The position numbers were made by a program, and so were the translations under genes. Shown here one piece after another: positions 8,327-16,514 of a stretch of 35,521 nucleotides of DNA. Position 1 is the stretch's first letter, and each line of letters starts with the position of its first letter. The DNA comes from Candidatus Micrarchaeota archaeon (GTDB lineage: Archaea > Micrarchaeota > Micrarchaeia > Micrarchaeales > CABMGC01). The DNA is taken from positions 1 through 35,521 of the forward strand of contig CAZJQO010000003.1 in NCBI GenBank assembly GCA_964548595.1, read 5' to 3'. A model generated the notes under the pieces. That model was not told where the DNA came from and did no database searches. It saw only the letters and a list, made by a program, of their open reading frames with translations.

Positions 8327-8341
8327 TCTTTACTGCCCCGC
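8229..8341 (+). ncRNA. candidate structured RNA (omega/reRNA-like scaffold of the TnpB remnant)
   Basis: Nested perfect complementarity read from the sequence: 8229-8237 gcggggcag with 8333-8341 ctgccccgc (9 bp), and 8244-8251 agcaacgc with 8317-8324 gcgttgct (8 bp). Also 8252-8255 ttgg with 8285-8288 ccaa, and a C(UUCG)G-capped hairpin at about 8297-8311. Strand and ends are not verified. Confidence 0.35.
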
Positions 8342-8373
8342 TATTACCTGTTGCCTGTTCGAGGAGCTTTCGC

Positions 8374-9339
8374 ATGACCAGCATAGAGGACATAGCCTGG
8401 ACTGAGAAGTACAGGCCTGCAAAAATAGATGACATAATAGGCCAGGAGGCGATAGCCGAAAGGCTCAAGGCTTTTGTAAAGCTGAGAAGCTTCCCCAACA
8501 TGATATTCGCAGGGCCTGCCGGGGTAGGAAAGACCACGTCCGCGATAGCCATGGCCAAGGAGCTCTATGGAGACAAGATGGATGAGGCTTTCCAGGAGAC
8601 AAACGCGTCAGACGCAAGGGGTATCGACGTCATAAGGGGAAAGATTAAGGAATTCGCAAGGACCATGCCGCTGACCAACGGCCTTGTGAAGATAGTCTTC
8701 CTTGATGAGGCAGACGCGCTGACGCCTGAGGCGCAGCACGCGCTGAGGCGCACGATGGAGAAGTATTCTGCTACAACAAGGTTCGTATTCAGCGCCAACT
8801 ACGCCAGCAAGATAATAGAGCCGATACAGAGCAGGTGCGTCGTGCTGAGGTTCAAGCCCCTCAACGAGGAGCAGGTGAAGAAGTACATAAAGAGAATAGA
8901 GAAGGGAGAGAAGCTGGAGATAGACGCCAAGGCGGTGGAGGCGCTCGTGTACGTGAGCGAAGGGGACCTGAGGAAGCTGACCAACATACTGCAGAGCGCT
9001 GCATCGCTTGGAAAGGAGGTGAGCGACAGGGCCATATACGACATCGCGTCGCGCGCAAGGCCCAAGGAAGTCGCTTCCATGCTAAGGTACGCGCTCGAGG
9101 GCGATTTCGCAAAGTCGAGGAATGAGCTCAACACCCTGCTGCTGGGCTACGGCATGAGCGGCGAGGACATACTGCTGCAGTGCTACCGTGAAGCGTTCAA
9201 CCTGCCGGTCGGGGACAGGGCGAAGCTCGGCATAGTAAAGCAGATAGGCGACTGCAACTTCAAGATAGTCGAAGGCGCAAACGAGCGCATCCAGCTCGAG
9301 GCCATGCTGGCCGAACTGGCACTGATGGAGAAAAAGTAG
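8374..9339 (+). CDS. rfcS: replication factor C small subunit
   Basis: WTEKYRP (RFC box II), Walker A GPAGVGKTT, Walker B DEADAL and the SRC motif QSRC. ATG 8374 (MTSIEDIAWTEKYRP) is preferred over the ORF start at 8320. Length is normal, with no intein. Confidence 0.9.
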   Translation: MTSIEDIAWTEKYRPAKIDDIIGQEAIAERLKAFVKLRSFPNMIFAGPAGVGKTTSAIAMAKELYGDKMDEAFQETNASDARGIDVIRGKIKEFARTMPLTNGLVKIVFLDEADALTPEAQHALRRTMEKYSATTRFVFSANYASKIIEPIQSRCVVLRFKPLNEEQVKKYIKRIEKGEKLEIDAKAVEALVYVSEGDLRKLTNILQSAASLGKEVSDRAIYDIASRARPKEVASMLRYALEGDFAKSRNELNTLLLGYGMSGEDILLQCYREAFNLPVGDRAKLGIVKQIGDCNFKIVEGANERIQLEAMLAELALMEKK

Positions 9340-9912
9340 CTACAGGAGCGGGCTTCTCGCGAACGTAAGGTAGCCGGTGTGCCACAGCCCTTTCGTCGAA
9401 GGCCTCGATCCCTCCTTCCTTATGAGCATGTCCCGGACTATGCTCTCTATGGTATATATGTCAACGAAGCCGAGCTGCTCTAGCTTCTGCGCATATTTCT
9501 TTACCTGCTCTATGTTCGGGAAGTAGCTCACTACGCATGCGCCTGGCTTCAGCGCCTTCTTCACGTTCCTCAGCGCCTTCTCCGCATTCGGCAGGTCGAG
9601 AGTGACCAGATCAGCATCCGTCTCGTCTATTTTCTTGAAAATGTCCTGGTTCTTCAGCGTGACGTTGTCTGCGCCAACCAAGTCTACGTTGTGCTTCGTT
9701 ATGCTTAGGAAGTCGTCGCGTATGTCGTAGCCGTAGACGTGCCTGGCAACCCTCGCAAGGCTTATTGTCAGCCACCCGCTGCCTGTGCCCGCATCTATGC
9801 AGATGCTGTCGCGGCCCACTCCCGAGTACGCCAGTATGATGCCTATGTCCTTGGGCAGGATCACCTGCGGCCCACGCCTCAGTTTCTTGTAGATCTTCGG
9901 ATATATGAACAT
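9340..9912 (-). CDS. trmI: tRNA (adenine-N1)-methyltransferase TrmI/GCD14-like, short form
   Basis: 'VILPKDIGIILAYSGVG...CIDAGTGSGWLTISLA', 'LDLPN' and C-terminal 'HTGYLTFAR' follow the TrmI pattern. At 190 aa it lacks most of the usual N-terminal domain. The start overlaps the topA stop by 1 nt (TAATG). Confidence 0.65.
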   Translation of the reverse strand: MFIYPKIYKKLRRGPQVILPKDIGIILAYSGVGRDSICIDAGTGSGWLTISLARVARHVYGYDIRDDFLSITKHNVDLVGADNVTLKNQDIFKKIDETDADLVTLDLPNAEKALRNVKKALKPGACVVSYFPNIEQVKKYAQKLEQLGFVDIYTIESIVRDMLIRKEGSRPSTKGLWHTGYLTFARSPLL

Positions 9913-12134
9913 TACACCGCCTTCCTTGCCCTCAACGCCTTGCTTTTCACAGCCTTCTTCCCCGGCTTCGCTTTTTTAAGCCTGGGCGCACGCTGCACAT
10001 TTGTCACCGCAGCGCCTGCCGTTGCCGCTGCAGTTGCTGCTGGCGCTGCTGCTGGAGTTGCAGCTGCCGTCTGCTTTGCTGCGGCATCGCCCCTCTTGGC
10101 CCAATTCTTCTTGGTCTCGCAATTTGGGTCAAGGTCCATTTCGAAGACTTTCCTGTTTCTGAATACCTTCACTATGGGCGTATGGCAGAGCTGGCAGACC
10201 TTGCCTGTTGGCACTATCTTGGCGGTCTGGGGCAGCGGGTATGTCTGGTCGCATTTCGGCCAGTTGGAGCAGCCGACGAACTGCTTGCCCGCCCTTGAAT
10301 GCAGTATATTAAGATTGCCGCCGTCTTTGGGGCACTTCCCCAGCACGCTGCTCGCCTGCGTCTGCTCCAGGCCCTTGCCGAGGCTCTCGCCTATCACCTT
10401 CTCCTTGCCCTTGAAATCGCCTATCAGCCTGGCTATGATCTCCTTTCCTTCGCCGATCACCGCCTGCTCCGTCACCTTGCCGCGCGTTATCTCCTCCATG
10501 TCGGTCTCGAGCTTGCGCGTCATCGCCTCGTCGAGTATTTCGGGCATGTGCTCGTTCAGCGCCTCGTAGACGCTCATGCCGTATTCGGTTACTTCTATGC
10601 TCCTGTTCCTTATGTAGCCCCTGTTGAACAGCGTGTCTATTATGGCTGCGCGAGTTGCCTTGGTGCCGAGTTCCTTCTGCTCGAGCAGCGCTATCAGGCT
10701 AGCCTTGTTGTATCGCTCCGGCGGTTTTGTCACTAGCTTCTTTGCCTCGCTCTTCCCTACCTGCTGCACGGAGCCCTGCTCGAAGCTCGCAACGCCCGAC
10801 TCTGCCGGCTTGTAGTAGGTGTAGTACGATAGCCAGCCTTCGCTTACAAGCCTGCTGCCTTTGGCATCGTACTTCTCCCCGCCGAGCGACGCCATAACAA
10901 TTACCTTCTCGATAACTGCGTGCTCCGCGAAGACAGACAGGAAGCGCCTCGCTATTAGGTCGTAGAGCTTCGCCTCCTCCTCGTTTAGCTTGGCCGGAAG
11001 CTCGCCGGTGGGATATATTGCAGGATGCGCCTCGTCTTCTTTCCTGCCCTCGATTGGCCTGAACCTCGACGCACTTATCAGAGATTCCGCCTGCGCCTTG
11101 TAACTCGGATTCTTCGCCAGGTCACTCAGCACCCTGGGCAGGTTCAGCGAGTAGGGCAGCTTCTGCGACGCTGTTCTCGGGTACGAGATGTATGAGCGCT
11201 CGTAGAGCGACTGCGCAACGGCAAGAGTCTTGGAAGGATCCATGCGCAAAACCCTGTTAGCCTCCAGCTGGAGCGACGTAAGGTCGAACGGAGGGAACGG
11301 GAAGAGATTGACCCGGCCCACTTCCACCTTCTCTATCTTCGCCGTGGAGCCGGCTGCTGATTTCGCAAGCTTCTCTGCAAGCACAGCGTCAAAGATGGGG
11401 CCGCGCACGTTCTTGAAAAGGGTGCCTTTTATCTCTGCGAAAAGCTCCCAGTAGTCGCGGGGCTTGAAGCCCTTTATCTCCTTTTCGCGCCTTGCCAGTA
11501 TGGCGAGCGAGGGACCCTGGACCCTGCCTATGCTCATGACGCGCTTCGCACCGCTGGTGTGTATTGCACGCATCAGCGCCCTGCTGAGGTTTATTCCCCA
11601 GAGCCAGTCGAGCACGTGCCTCGCTTCGCCGGCCTCGAAGTTGCCCCTGTCGAAAGCGCCGGCGTTGGTGTAAGCGTCCATCAGGTCGCGGAGCGTGGTT
11701 GTTGAGAAGTGCATCCGCTTCACGTTGCTCCAGTCGGTGTCCTTGTTTACGTCGCCACTCTTCACGTACCTTATTATGTTGCTCCCTATCACAGTGCCCT
11801 CTACGTCGTAGTCGCACGCGTTCACGAAGCTCTGGCTGCCGCTGCCAACCAGCTTTATCGTATCAAGGTACTTCTTAGTGAAATAGGCCTGCTTGTTCAC
11901 CTTGAAAGAAGGCACCCACTCAACATCGAATACGGGCAACGAATAGCCGACACCCTTCTGCGAGAGGGTGAAGAGATGCCCGACAGCTGCCACCACCACG
12001 AGCTTGTTCCCGTTCCTGTAGAGCTCGAAGTAGTTCACTCCCTGCACGTTCTTGCGTTGCGGAGAGCCCTCACCAAGCGCTGCAGCGAGGCGCAGCGCTA
12101 CACTAGGCTTCTCGGCTATGACAAGAGTCTGCAT
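9912..12134 (-). CDS. topA: DNA topoisomerase, type IA (archaeal TopA/Topo III-like)
   Basis: Toprim N-terminus 'LVIAEKPS' and 'DYDVEGTVIG', with the active-site Tyr context 'ISYPRTASQ'. C-terminal zinc ribbons are CPKDGG...CSNWPKC and CQLCHTP. The tail is Ala/Thr/Lys-rich and basic. Confidence 0.9.
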   Translation of the reverse strand: MQTLVIAEKPSVALRLAAALGEGSPQRKNVQGVNYFELYRNGNKLVVVAAVGHLFTLSQKGVGYSLPVFDVEWVPSFKVNKQAYFTKKYLDTIKLVGSGSQSFVNACDYDVEGTVIGSNIIRYVKSGDVNKDTDWSNVKRMHFSTTTLRDLMDAYTNAGAFDRGNFEAGEARHVLDWLWGINLSRALMRAIHTSGAKRVMSIGRVQGPSLAILARREKEIKGFKPRDYWELFAEIKGTLFKNVRGPIFDAVLAEKLAKSAAGSTAKIEKVEVGRVNLFPFPPFDLTSLQLEANRVLRMDPSKTLAVAQSLYERSYISYPRTASQKLPYSLNLPRVLSDLAKNPSYKAQAESLISASRFRPIEGRKEDEAHPAIYPTGELPAKLNEEEAKLYDLIARRFLSVFAEHAVIEKVIVMASLGGEKYDAKGSRLVSEGWLSYYTYYKPAESGVASFEQGSVQQVGKSEAKKLVTKPPERYNKASLIALLEQKELGTKATRAAIIDTLFNRGYIRNRSIEVTEYGMSVYEALNEHMPEILDEAMTRKLETDMEEITRGKVTEQAVIGEGKEIIARLIGDFKGKEKVIGESLGKGLEQTQASSVLGKCPKDGGNLNILHSRAGKQFVGCSNWPKCDQTYPLPQTAKIVPTGKVCQLCHTPIVKVFRNRKVFEMDLDPNCETKKNWAKRGDAAAKQTAAATPAAAPAATAAATAGAAVTNVQRAPRLKKAKPGKKAVKSKALRARKAV

Positions 12135-12143
12135 CAGAACCAG

Positions 12144-12389
12144 CTAGCGCTTCTTCCTGCCCGCCTGCTTTGCGGGCTGCTGCCTGGTCGGGTTGGAGAC
12201 GTGGTACGCCATGTAGAGCCCCAGGGCTATCGCCAGCACCGCAAACACGTAGAAGACCCAGCTGCTGCCAGATACTGCGAACGCCACTATGGCAAGGATG
12301 CTGAGCGCAAGCACGCCTACCGCGAAAGCGAATGCACGCATCTCGTGCTCGTTCTGCAGGAAATCAAACTGCATCGCACCACTGTGCAT
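12144..12389 (-). CDS. hypothetical small membrane protein
   Basis: 81 aa, with two hydrophobic helices and a basic C-terminus (QQPAKQAGRKKR). Its stop is 9 nt upstream of the topA ATG, so it is probably co-transcribed. Confidence 0.45.
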   Translation of the reverse strand: MHSGAMQFDFLQNEHEMRAFAFAVGVLALSILAIVAFAVSGSSWVFYVFAVLAIALGLYMAYHVSNPTRQQPAKQAGRKKR

Positions 12390-12445
12390 GAAGTATGCAT
12401 AACAAAAGTTAAAAGGCTTAGCTGAGCAGAATTGGCTGTGCTTGC

Positions 12446-12814
12446 ATGCTGGGCACGCTCGAAATAATTGGCTTGACGTTAGTTGCTGCGGTGCTCACAG
12501 CGCTTGCGCAGTACTTCTTCAAGACCAACATCAGGAACTTCGAGTTCAATCTTAGGCGCATAGCCGAGCTGCTCTCCAAGAAGGGCACGATGGCTGGAGT
12601 GTGCCTCTACTTCGTCGGCCTGGTCTTCTACATATACGCGCTGAGCAACGAGCCTGTGATCTCGCTCATATACCCCATATTCGCGAGCACCTTCATCTTC
12701 GTGCTGCTCATATCAAAGTACACGCTGAACGAGCCGGTACACGCCCGCAGGATCATCGGAGTTGTGCTCATTGCCATAGGAATAGGTGTGGTAGCCCTCA
12801 CATTCCCGGTGTGA
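12446..12814 (+). CDS. 4-TM DMT/SMR-superfamily half-transporter (EamA-like)
   Basis: 122 aa with four hydrophobic segments. The EamA-like C-terminal pattern is 'YPIFASTFIFVLLISKYTLNEPV..RRIIGVVLIAIGIGVV'. It is paired with a similar gene 4 nt downstream. Confidence 0.55.
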   Translation: MLGTLEIIGLTLVAAVLTALAQYFFKTNIRNFEFNLRRIAELLSKKGTMAGVCLYFVGLVFYIYALSNEPVISLIYPIFASTFIFVLLISKYTLNEPVHARRIIGVVLIAIGIGVVALTFPV

Positions 12815-12818
12815 TAGA

Positions 12819-13169
12819 ATGAAGCAAGGAAAGAAGACGTATGTACTTATGCTCCTGCTGAGCACGCTGCTCGGCGGCATAGGGCAGATCTTCTTCAAGG
12901 CCAGCGTCTTCGGCCACTCCGTATCGTTCAGCATTGTGTTCATAGGCTTCATAGTCGCCGGGGTGCTGGCATACCTGATTTCCACAGCCGTATACTGGTA
13001 CGTGCTGAGCAGGACGCACCTCAGCTGGGCCTATGGCTTCACCGGCCTGAGCTACATCTTTGCCGCTCTGCTCGCTTTTGAGCTTCTGGGAGGAGAGGCC
13101 ATACCCGCAATAAGGTGGATTGGCATACTCGTAATAACAGTGGGCACGCTGCTTGTAGGAAGCAGCTGA
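12819..13169 (+). CDS. 4-TM DMT/SMR-superfamily half-transporter (paired subunit)
   Basis: 116 aa with the same architecture ('LSWAYGFTGLSYIFAALLAFELLGGEAIPAIRWIGILVITVG'). The tandem pair of ~115-120-aa subunits resembles heterodimeric SMR-like transporters such as ArnE/ArnF. Confidence 0.55.
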   Translation: MKQGKKTYVLMLLLSTLLGGIGQIFFKASVFGHSVSFSIVFIGFIVAGVLAYLISTAVYWYVLSRTHLSWAYGFTGLSYIFAALLAFELLGGEAIPAIRWIGILVITVGTLLVGSS

Positions 13170-13171
13170 AG

Positions 13172-14194
13172 CTACTGCGAGGGCATGAAAACAGGCCCGA
13201 GCGCCTTGAGCAGGTCCTGGTTCTCTTCAAAATACTTCCTGACCCTGGTGAACTTCTTGATAAGGTAATCCGACACCGCATTCTTGAGATCCTTCGGGTG
13301 TATCTCGTTGTTCAAAAAGCTTTTTTCCAGAGACATGTAGGAATCGAAATTGACATCGCCACCGAATTTCTCCTCCCTCTCCACTGTAAAGTGGTCCTGG
13401 TCTACAAACACCACCATCTTGATTACCTGAAGCACGAAATTGTCGTTGGCTGCGCCCATGGGGCAGTACGCGCCCTCTATCTTTCTCCTCACCGCTCCCT
13501 CGGAGTCGTGCACCTTCAGATAACTTCCAGGCAGCGATGAAGACATTTTGACCCCGGGGCCGTTCATCGAGGTTACAAGCGGCATCATCAGCTCTGCCCT
13601 CTTTCGGTAGCCGAGCAGGGGCAGGTACTCCCTGTCAAAGACGAGTATGTGGCGCTGGTCCAGGCCCCCGAGCTGCAGGTCAACGTCCAGATACTGTTCG
13701 TCAAGGGCCTGAAATATAGGGTATATCACTTCGCTCACCTTCGGGTTCTTCATCCTCGTAACCTCAGAGGCCGCGCGTTTGGCCCTGTCTATCGTGGCGA
13801 AAGACGCCATCTTGAGAGCATCAAGCACGTAGTCCCGGTTTAGCTGGTAGTCAGAGCCGCGCACAAACTTCGGCAGCGTCTCCCAGGCGAACGACAGCTC
13901 CAGGCACTTCTTCGTGTACTCCACGCGTGCGTCGAGTTCGTCCCATTTCGCCTTCTGGTCGTCGAGCGCGGCGTGTATGTCTGCGAGCAGGAGTATTGTC
14001 TTTATGCCTGCTTTCTGCAGGTCCAGAAGCTTGCTCGTGGAGATGACATGCCCGAGGTGCAGCGGGCCCGTGGTAGCCCTCCCGAGATAAGCGGAGACGC
14101 CCTTCTTGCCGCCCAGCTTCTCCCTAAGCTCATCCTCGCCCAGCAGCTCCACGGCGTTCCTTTTCACAAGATGCATCTTGGCCTCCAGATCCAT
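13172..14194 (-). CDS. tyrS: tyrosyl-tRNA synthetase (archaeal type)
   Basis: It aligns by eye along its length with M. jannaschii TyrRS as I recall it: MDLEAKMHLVKRN..., HIGH motif 'HLGH', 'LLLADIHA', 'KVSEVIYPIFQ', KMSKS variant 'KMSSS' and 'LHPKDLKNAV'. Start chosen at ATG 14194 (MDLE). In-frame alternatives are at 14203, 14212 and 14242 (GTG). Confidence 0.9.
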   Translation of the reverse strand: MDLEAKMHLVKRNAVELLGEDELREKLGGKKGVSAYLGRATTGPLHLGHVISTSKLLDLQKAGIKTILLLADIHAALDDQKAKWDELDARVEYTKKCLELSFAWETLPKFVRGSDYQLNRDYVLDALKMASFATIDRAKRAASEVTRMKNPKVSEVIYPIFQALDEQYLDVDLQLGGLDQRHILVFDREYLPLLGYRKRAELMMPLVTSMNGPGVKMSSSLPGSYLKVHDSEGAVRRKIEGAYCPMGAANDNFVLQVIKMVVFVDQDHFTVEREEKFGGDVNFDSYMSLEKSFLNNEIHPKDLKNAVSDYLIKKFTRVRKYFEENQDLLKALGPVFMPSQ

Positions 14195-14332
14195 GTTTTT
14201 CATATACGCCATGCGTGCAAGCAATATATTTGTTCCGTACACGCGAGAACGCGGGCAGGCGGGCTTGGCGGTAGCACGTATAACCCAGTAATAGTATAAT
14301 TAATAAATATGCTGCCACATAATACTTCCCGA

Positions 14333-14378
14333 GCGTTTAGAGCGTATTTTAAACCCGTTATTCCCCACCTCTAAACGC
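14333..14378. promoter_or_regulatory. 10-bp inverted repeat in the tyrS/lonB divergent intergenic region
   Basis: gcgtttagag (14333-14342) and ctctaaacgc (14369-14378) are perfect reverse complements separated by 26 nt. They lie between the two divergent promoters. Confidence 0.3.
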
Positions 14379-14493
14379 CCTCTGATGTTCATTCGCTCCT
14401 GTGTTCGGCTGCCTATACTGCACTGAAAGGAACCGAAAAACCCGCTCAAATATAATAAATAGAAGCCTGCATTATATCAGTATCGAGGATTTG

Positions 14494-16512
14494 ATGAAAA
14501 AATTCGCCAGCACGGCCGACGTCAAAATGTCGCCCAAGATCATAGATCAGGTGGTGGGCCAGCAGAAGGCAGTGGAGATAGTGAAGAAGGCTGCAAAGCA
14601 ACGGCGAAATGTGCTCTTGATCGGCTCGCCGGGAACCGGGAAGACGATGCTCGCGCAGGCGATGGCTGAGCTGATGCCAACGCAAGACCTGGAGGACGCT
14701 CTCGCGTACAAGAACGTTAACAACGAGAACAATCCTTTGATAAAAGTGGTAAAGACATATCCGAAGGCGAAGGCTGACATAGTCCCTGAGGCCAGGGTGA
14801 ACCAGCAGGAGAAGGGCATGGAGAGCGGCGACGGCCAGGGAAGGCGCATAATACAGGCAGCACGCATCAAGGGCATAGCCAGCACCTCTAACACAAAGAG
14901 CAGCATAGTGCCCATAACAGCAGTCATAGTCGTTTTCCTGGCGCTGATCGCGCTCAGTGGCTTCCTGCAGGGCTTCCAACTCCTGGTCATGGCTGCGCTC
15001 ATACTCGGCGTGCTTATATTTGCAGGAATCATTGTTTTTGTCGGGGGTTTCAGGCGAGCGGGCCTCTTCTCGGGCTTCTTTGAGTCGAACGAGCCAAAGC
15101 TGATAGTGGACAACACAGGCATGACGCACGCTCCTTTTGTCGACGCTACAGGCTCACGGGCCGGAGCCCTTTTCGGAGACGTCAAGCACGATCCGTTGCA
15201 GTCTGGCGGCCTCGGGACGCCGGCGCACCTCAGGGTCGACAGCGGGGCGGTGCACAGGGCAAACAGCGGAGTGCTTTTCATAGACGAGATAGCCGATCTC
15301 GAGCCAAAGTCGCAGCAGGAGCTGCTCACCGCCATGCAGGAGAAGAAGTACCCGATAACAGGCCAGAGCGAACTGAGCTCCGGGGCGATGGTGCGCACCG
15401 AGCCCGTTCCTTGCGACTTCCTGCTTGTTGCAGCCGGAAACCTGCAGGACATAGAGCGCATGCATCCAGCCCTGCGCTCAAGGATCAGGGGCTACGGATA
15501 CGAGGTGTACATGGAATCGAGCATGCCAGACACCGATGCAAACAGGGAGACCCTTGTCAGGTTCATAGCGCAGGAGGTAAACAAGGACAAGCGCATTCCG
15601 CACTTCAGCTACAAGGCATGTATGGAAGTCATAGAGGATGCGAGGAGGAGGGCCGGAAGGAAGCACAGGCTCACGCTGGTGCTCAGGGACCTCGGAGGCC
15701 TGGTGCGTGCAGCAGGCGACATAGCCGTGGAGAAGGGGAAGAAGCTGGTGGATGCTGACGACGTGGTTGCCGCGCTCGCGCTGGCCAAGCCAATCGAGAC
15801 GCAGTACGCCGAGCAGCAGATAGAGTACATAAAGGATTACAAGGTATTTGACACCAGTGGTTTTGCCATAGGTAGGGTGAACGGCCTTGCGGTAATGGGA
15901 GGCGGCGTAGCCGCAACGGGCATAGTCACGCCCCTGGCCTCTGAGGTGACGCCGGCGAGCTCTCGCGCGGAGGGCAAGCTCATAGCCACCGGCAAGCTGG
16001 GCCAGATAGCAAGGGAGGCTGTGAAGAACATAAGCGCAGTTATCAAGAGGCACATGCGCATGGACATAGCGGGCTACGACATACACGTGCAATTCATACA
16101 GACCTATGCGGGGGTTGAAGGAGACAGCGCAAGCGTTTCCGTTGCTGTAAGTGTCATATCTGCGCTCGAGGGCATACCTGTGAGGCAGGACGTTGCCATG
16201 ACAGGCTCGCTCTCGGTGCGGGGCGCGGTGCTGCCCGTGGGTGGCATAACGCCGAAGATAGAGGCAGCGATAGAGGCAGGTGTAAGGTACGTGATAATAC
16301 CAAGGAGCAACAAGGAAGACGTATACCTTGAGGCAAAGATGGCCAAGAAGGTCAAGCTCCTCTACGTATCCAACATAGCGGACGTGCTAGAGTACGCGCT
16401 GAAGAGGAGCAGGAGGCGCGACGCAATAATAAAAGAACTGCGGCAGTACGTCACCGCAGACAGCAGGGAGCGCGAACCGCTTGCCGTCAGCCAATCAAAC
16501 GCGGTGAAGTGA
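14494..16512 (+). CDS. lonB: archaeal membrane-bound Lon protease (LonB)
   Basis: Walker [12 protein letters not shown]. Two TM helices are inserted in the AAA+ module ([16 protein letters not shown]..., [22 protein letters not shown]). Walker B is 'VLFIDEI', and the Lon protease domain carries the catalytic Ser context 'GDSASVS'. ATG 14494 is preferred over the ORF start at 14401. Confidence 0.9.
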   Translation: MKKFASTADVKMSPKIIDQVVGQQKAVEIVKKAAKQRRNVLLIGSPGTGKTMLAQAMAELMPTQDLEDALAYKNVNNENNPLIKVVKTYPKAKADIVPEARVNQQEKGMESGDGQGRRIIQAARIKGIASTSNTKSSIVPITAVIVVFLALIALSGFLQGFQLLVMAALILGVLIFAGIIVFVGGFRRAGLFSGFFESNEPKLIVDNTGMTHAPFVDATGSRAGALFGDVKHDPLQSGGLGTPAHLRVDSGAVHRANSGVLFIDEIADLEPKSQQELLTAMQEKKYPITGQSELSSGAMVRTEPVPCDFLLVAAGNLQDIERMHPALRSRIRGYGYEVYMESSMPDTDANRETLVRFIAQEVNKDKRIPHFSYKACMEVIEDARRRAGRKHRLTLVLRDLGGLVRAAGDIAVEKGKKLVDADDVVAALALAKPIETQYAEQQIEYIKDYKVFDTSGFAIGRVNGLAVMGGGVAATGIVTPLASEVTPASSRAEGKLIATGKLGQIAREAVKNISAVIKRHMRMDIAGYDIHVQFIQTYAGVEGDSASVSVAVSVISALEGIPVRQDVAMTGSLSVRGAVLPVGGITPKIEAAIEAGVRYVIIPRSNKEDVYLEAKMAKKVKLLYVSNIADVLEYALKRSRRRDAIIKELRQYVTADSREREPLAVSQSNAVK

Positions 16513-16514
16513 GA

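Larger units (their letters stand above)
7925..8345 (+). mobile_element. decayed IS200/IS605-family (TnpB/OrfB) element remnant(s)
   Basis: Contains only the C-terminal ~80-90 codons of a tnpB. There are two related hairpin-bearing end-like segments (7936-7985 and 8276-8330). No tnpA is present and the tnpB N-terminal two-thirds are missing. Confidence 0.45.

Noticed and set aside
9960-10100. GCN-rich triplet-repeat-like DNA (gctgctgc..., gcagttgc...)
   Set aside because: It lies in frame in the topA 3' end and encodes an Ala/Thr/Lys-rich basic tail. This is low-complexity coding sequence, not a microsatellite or an independent element.
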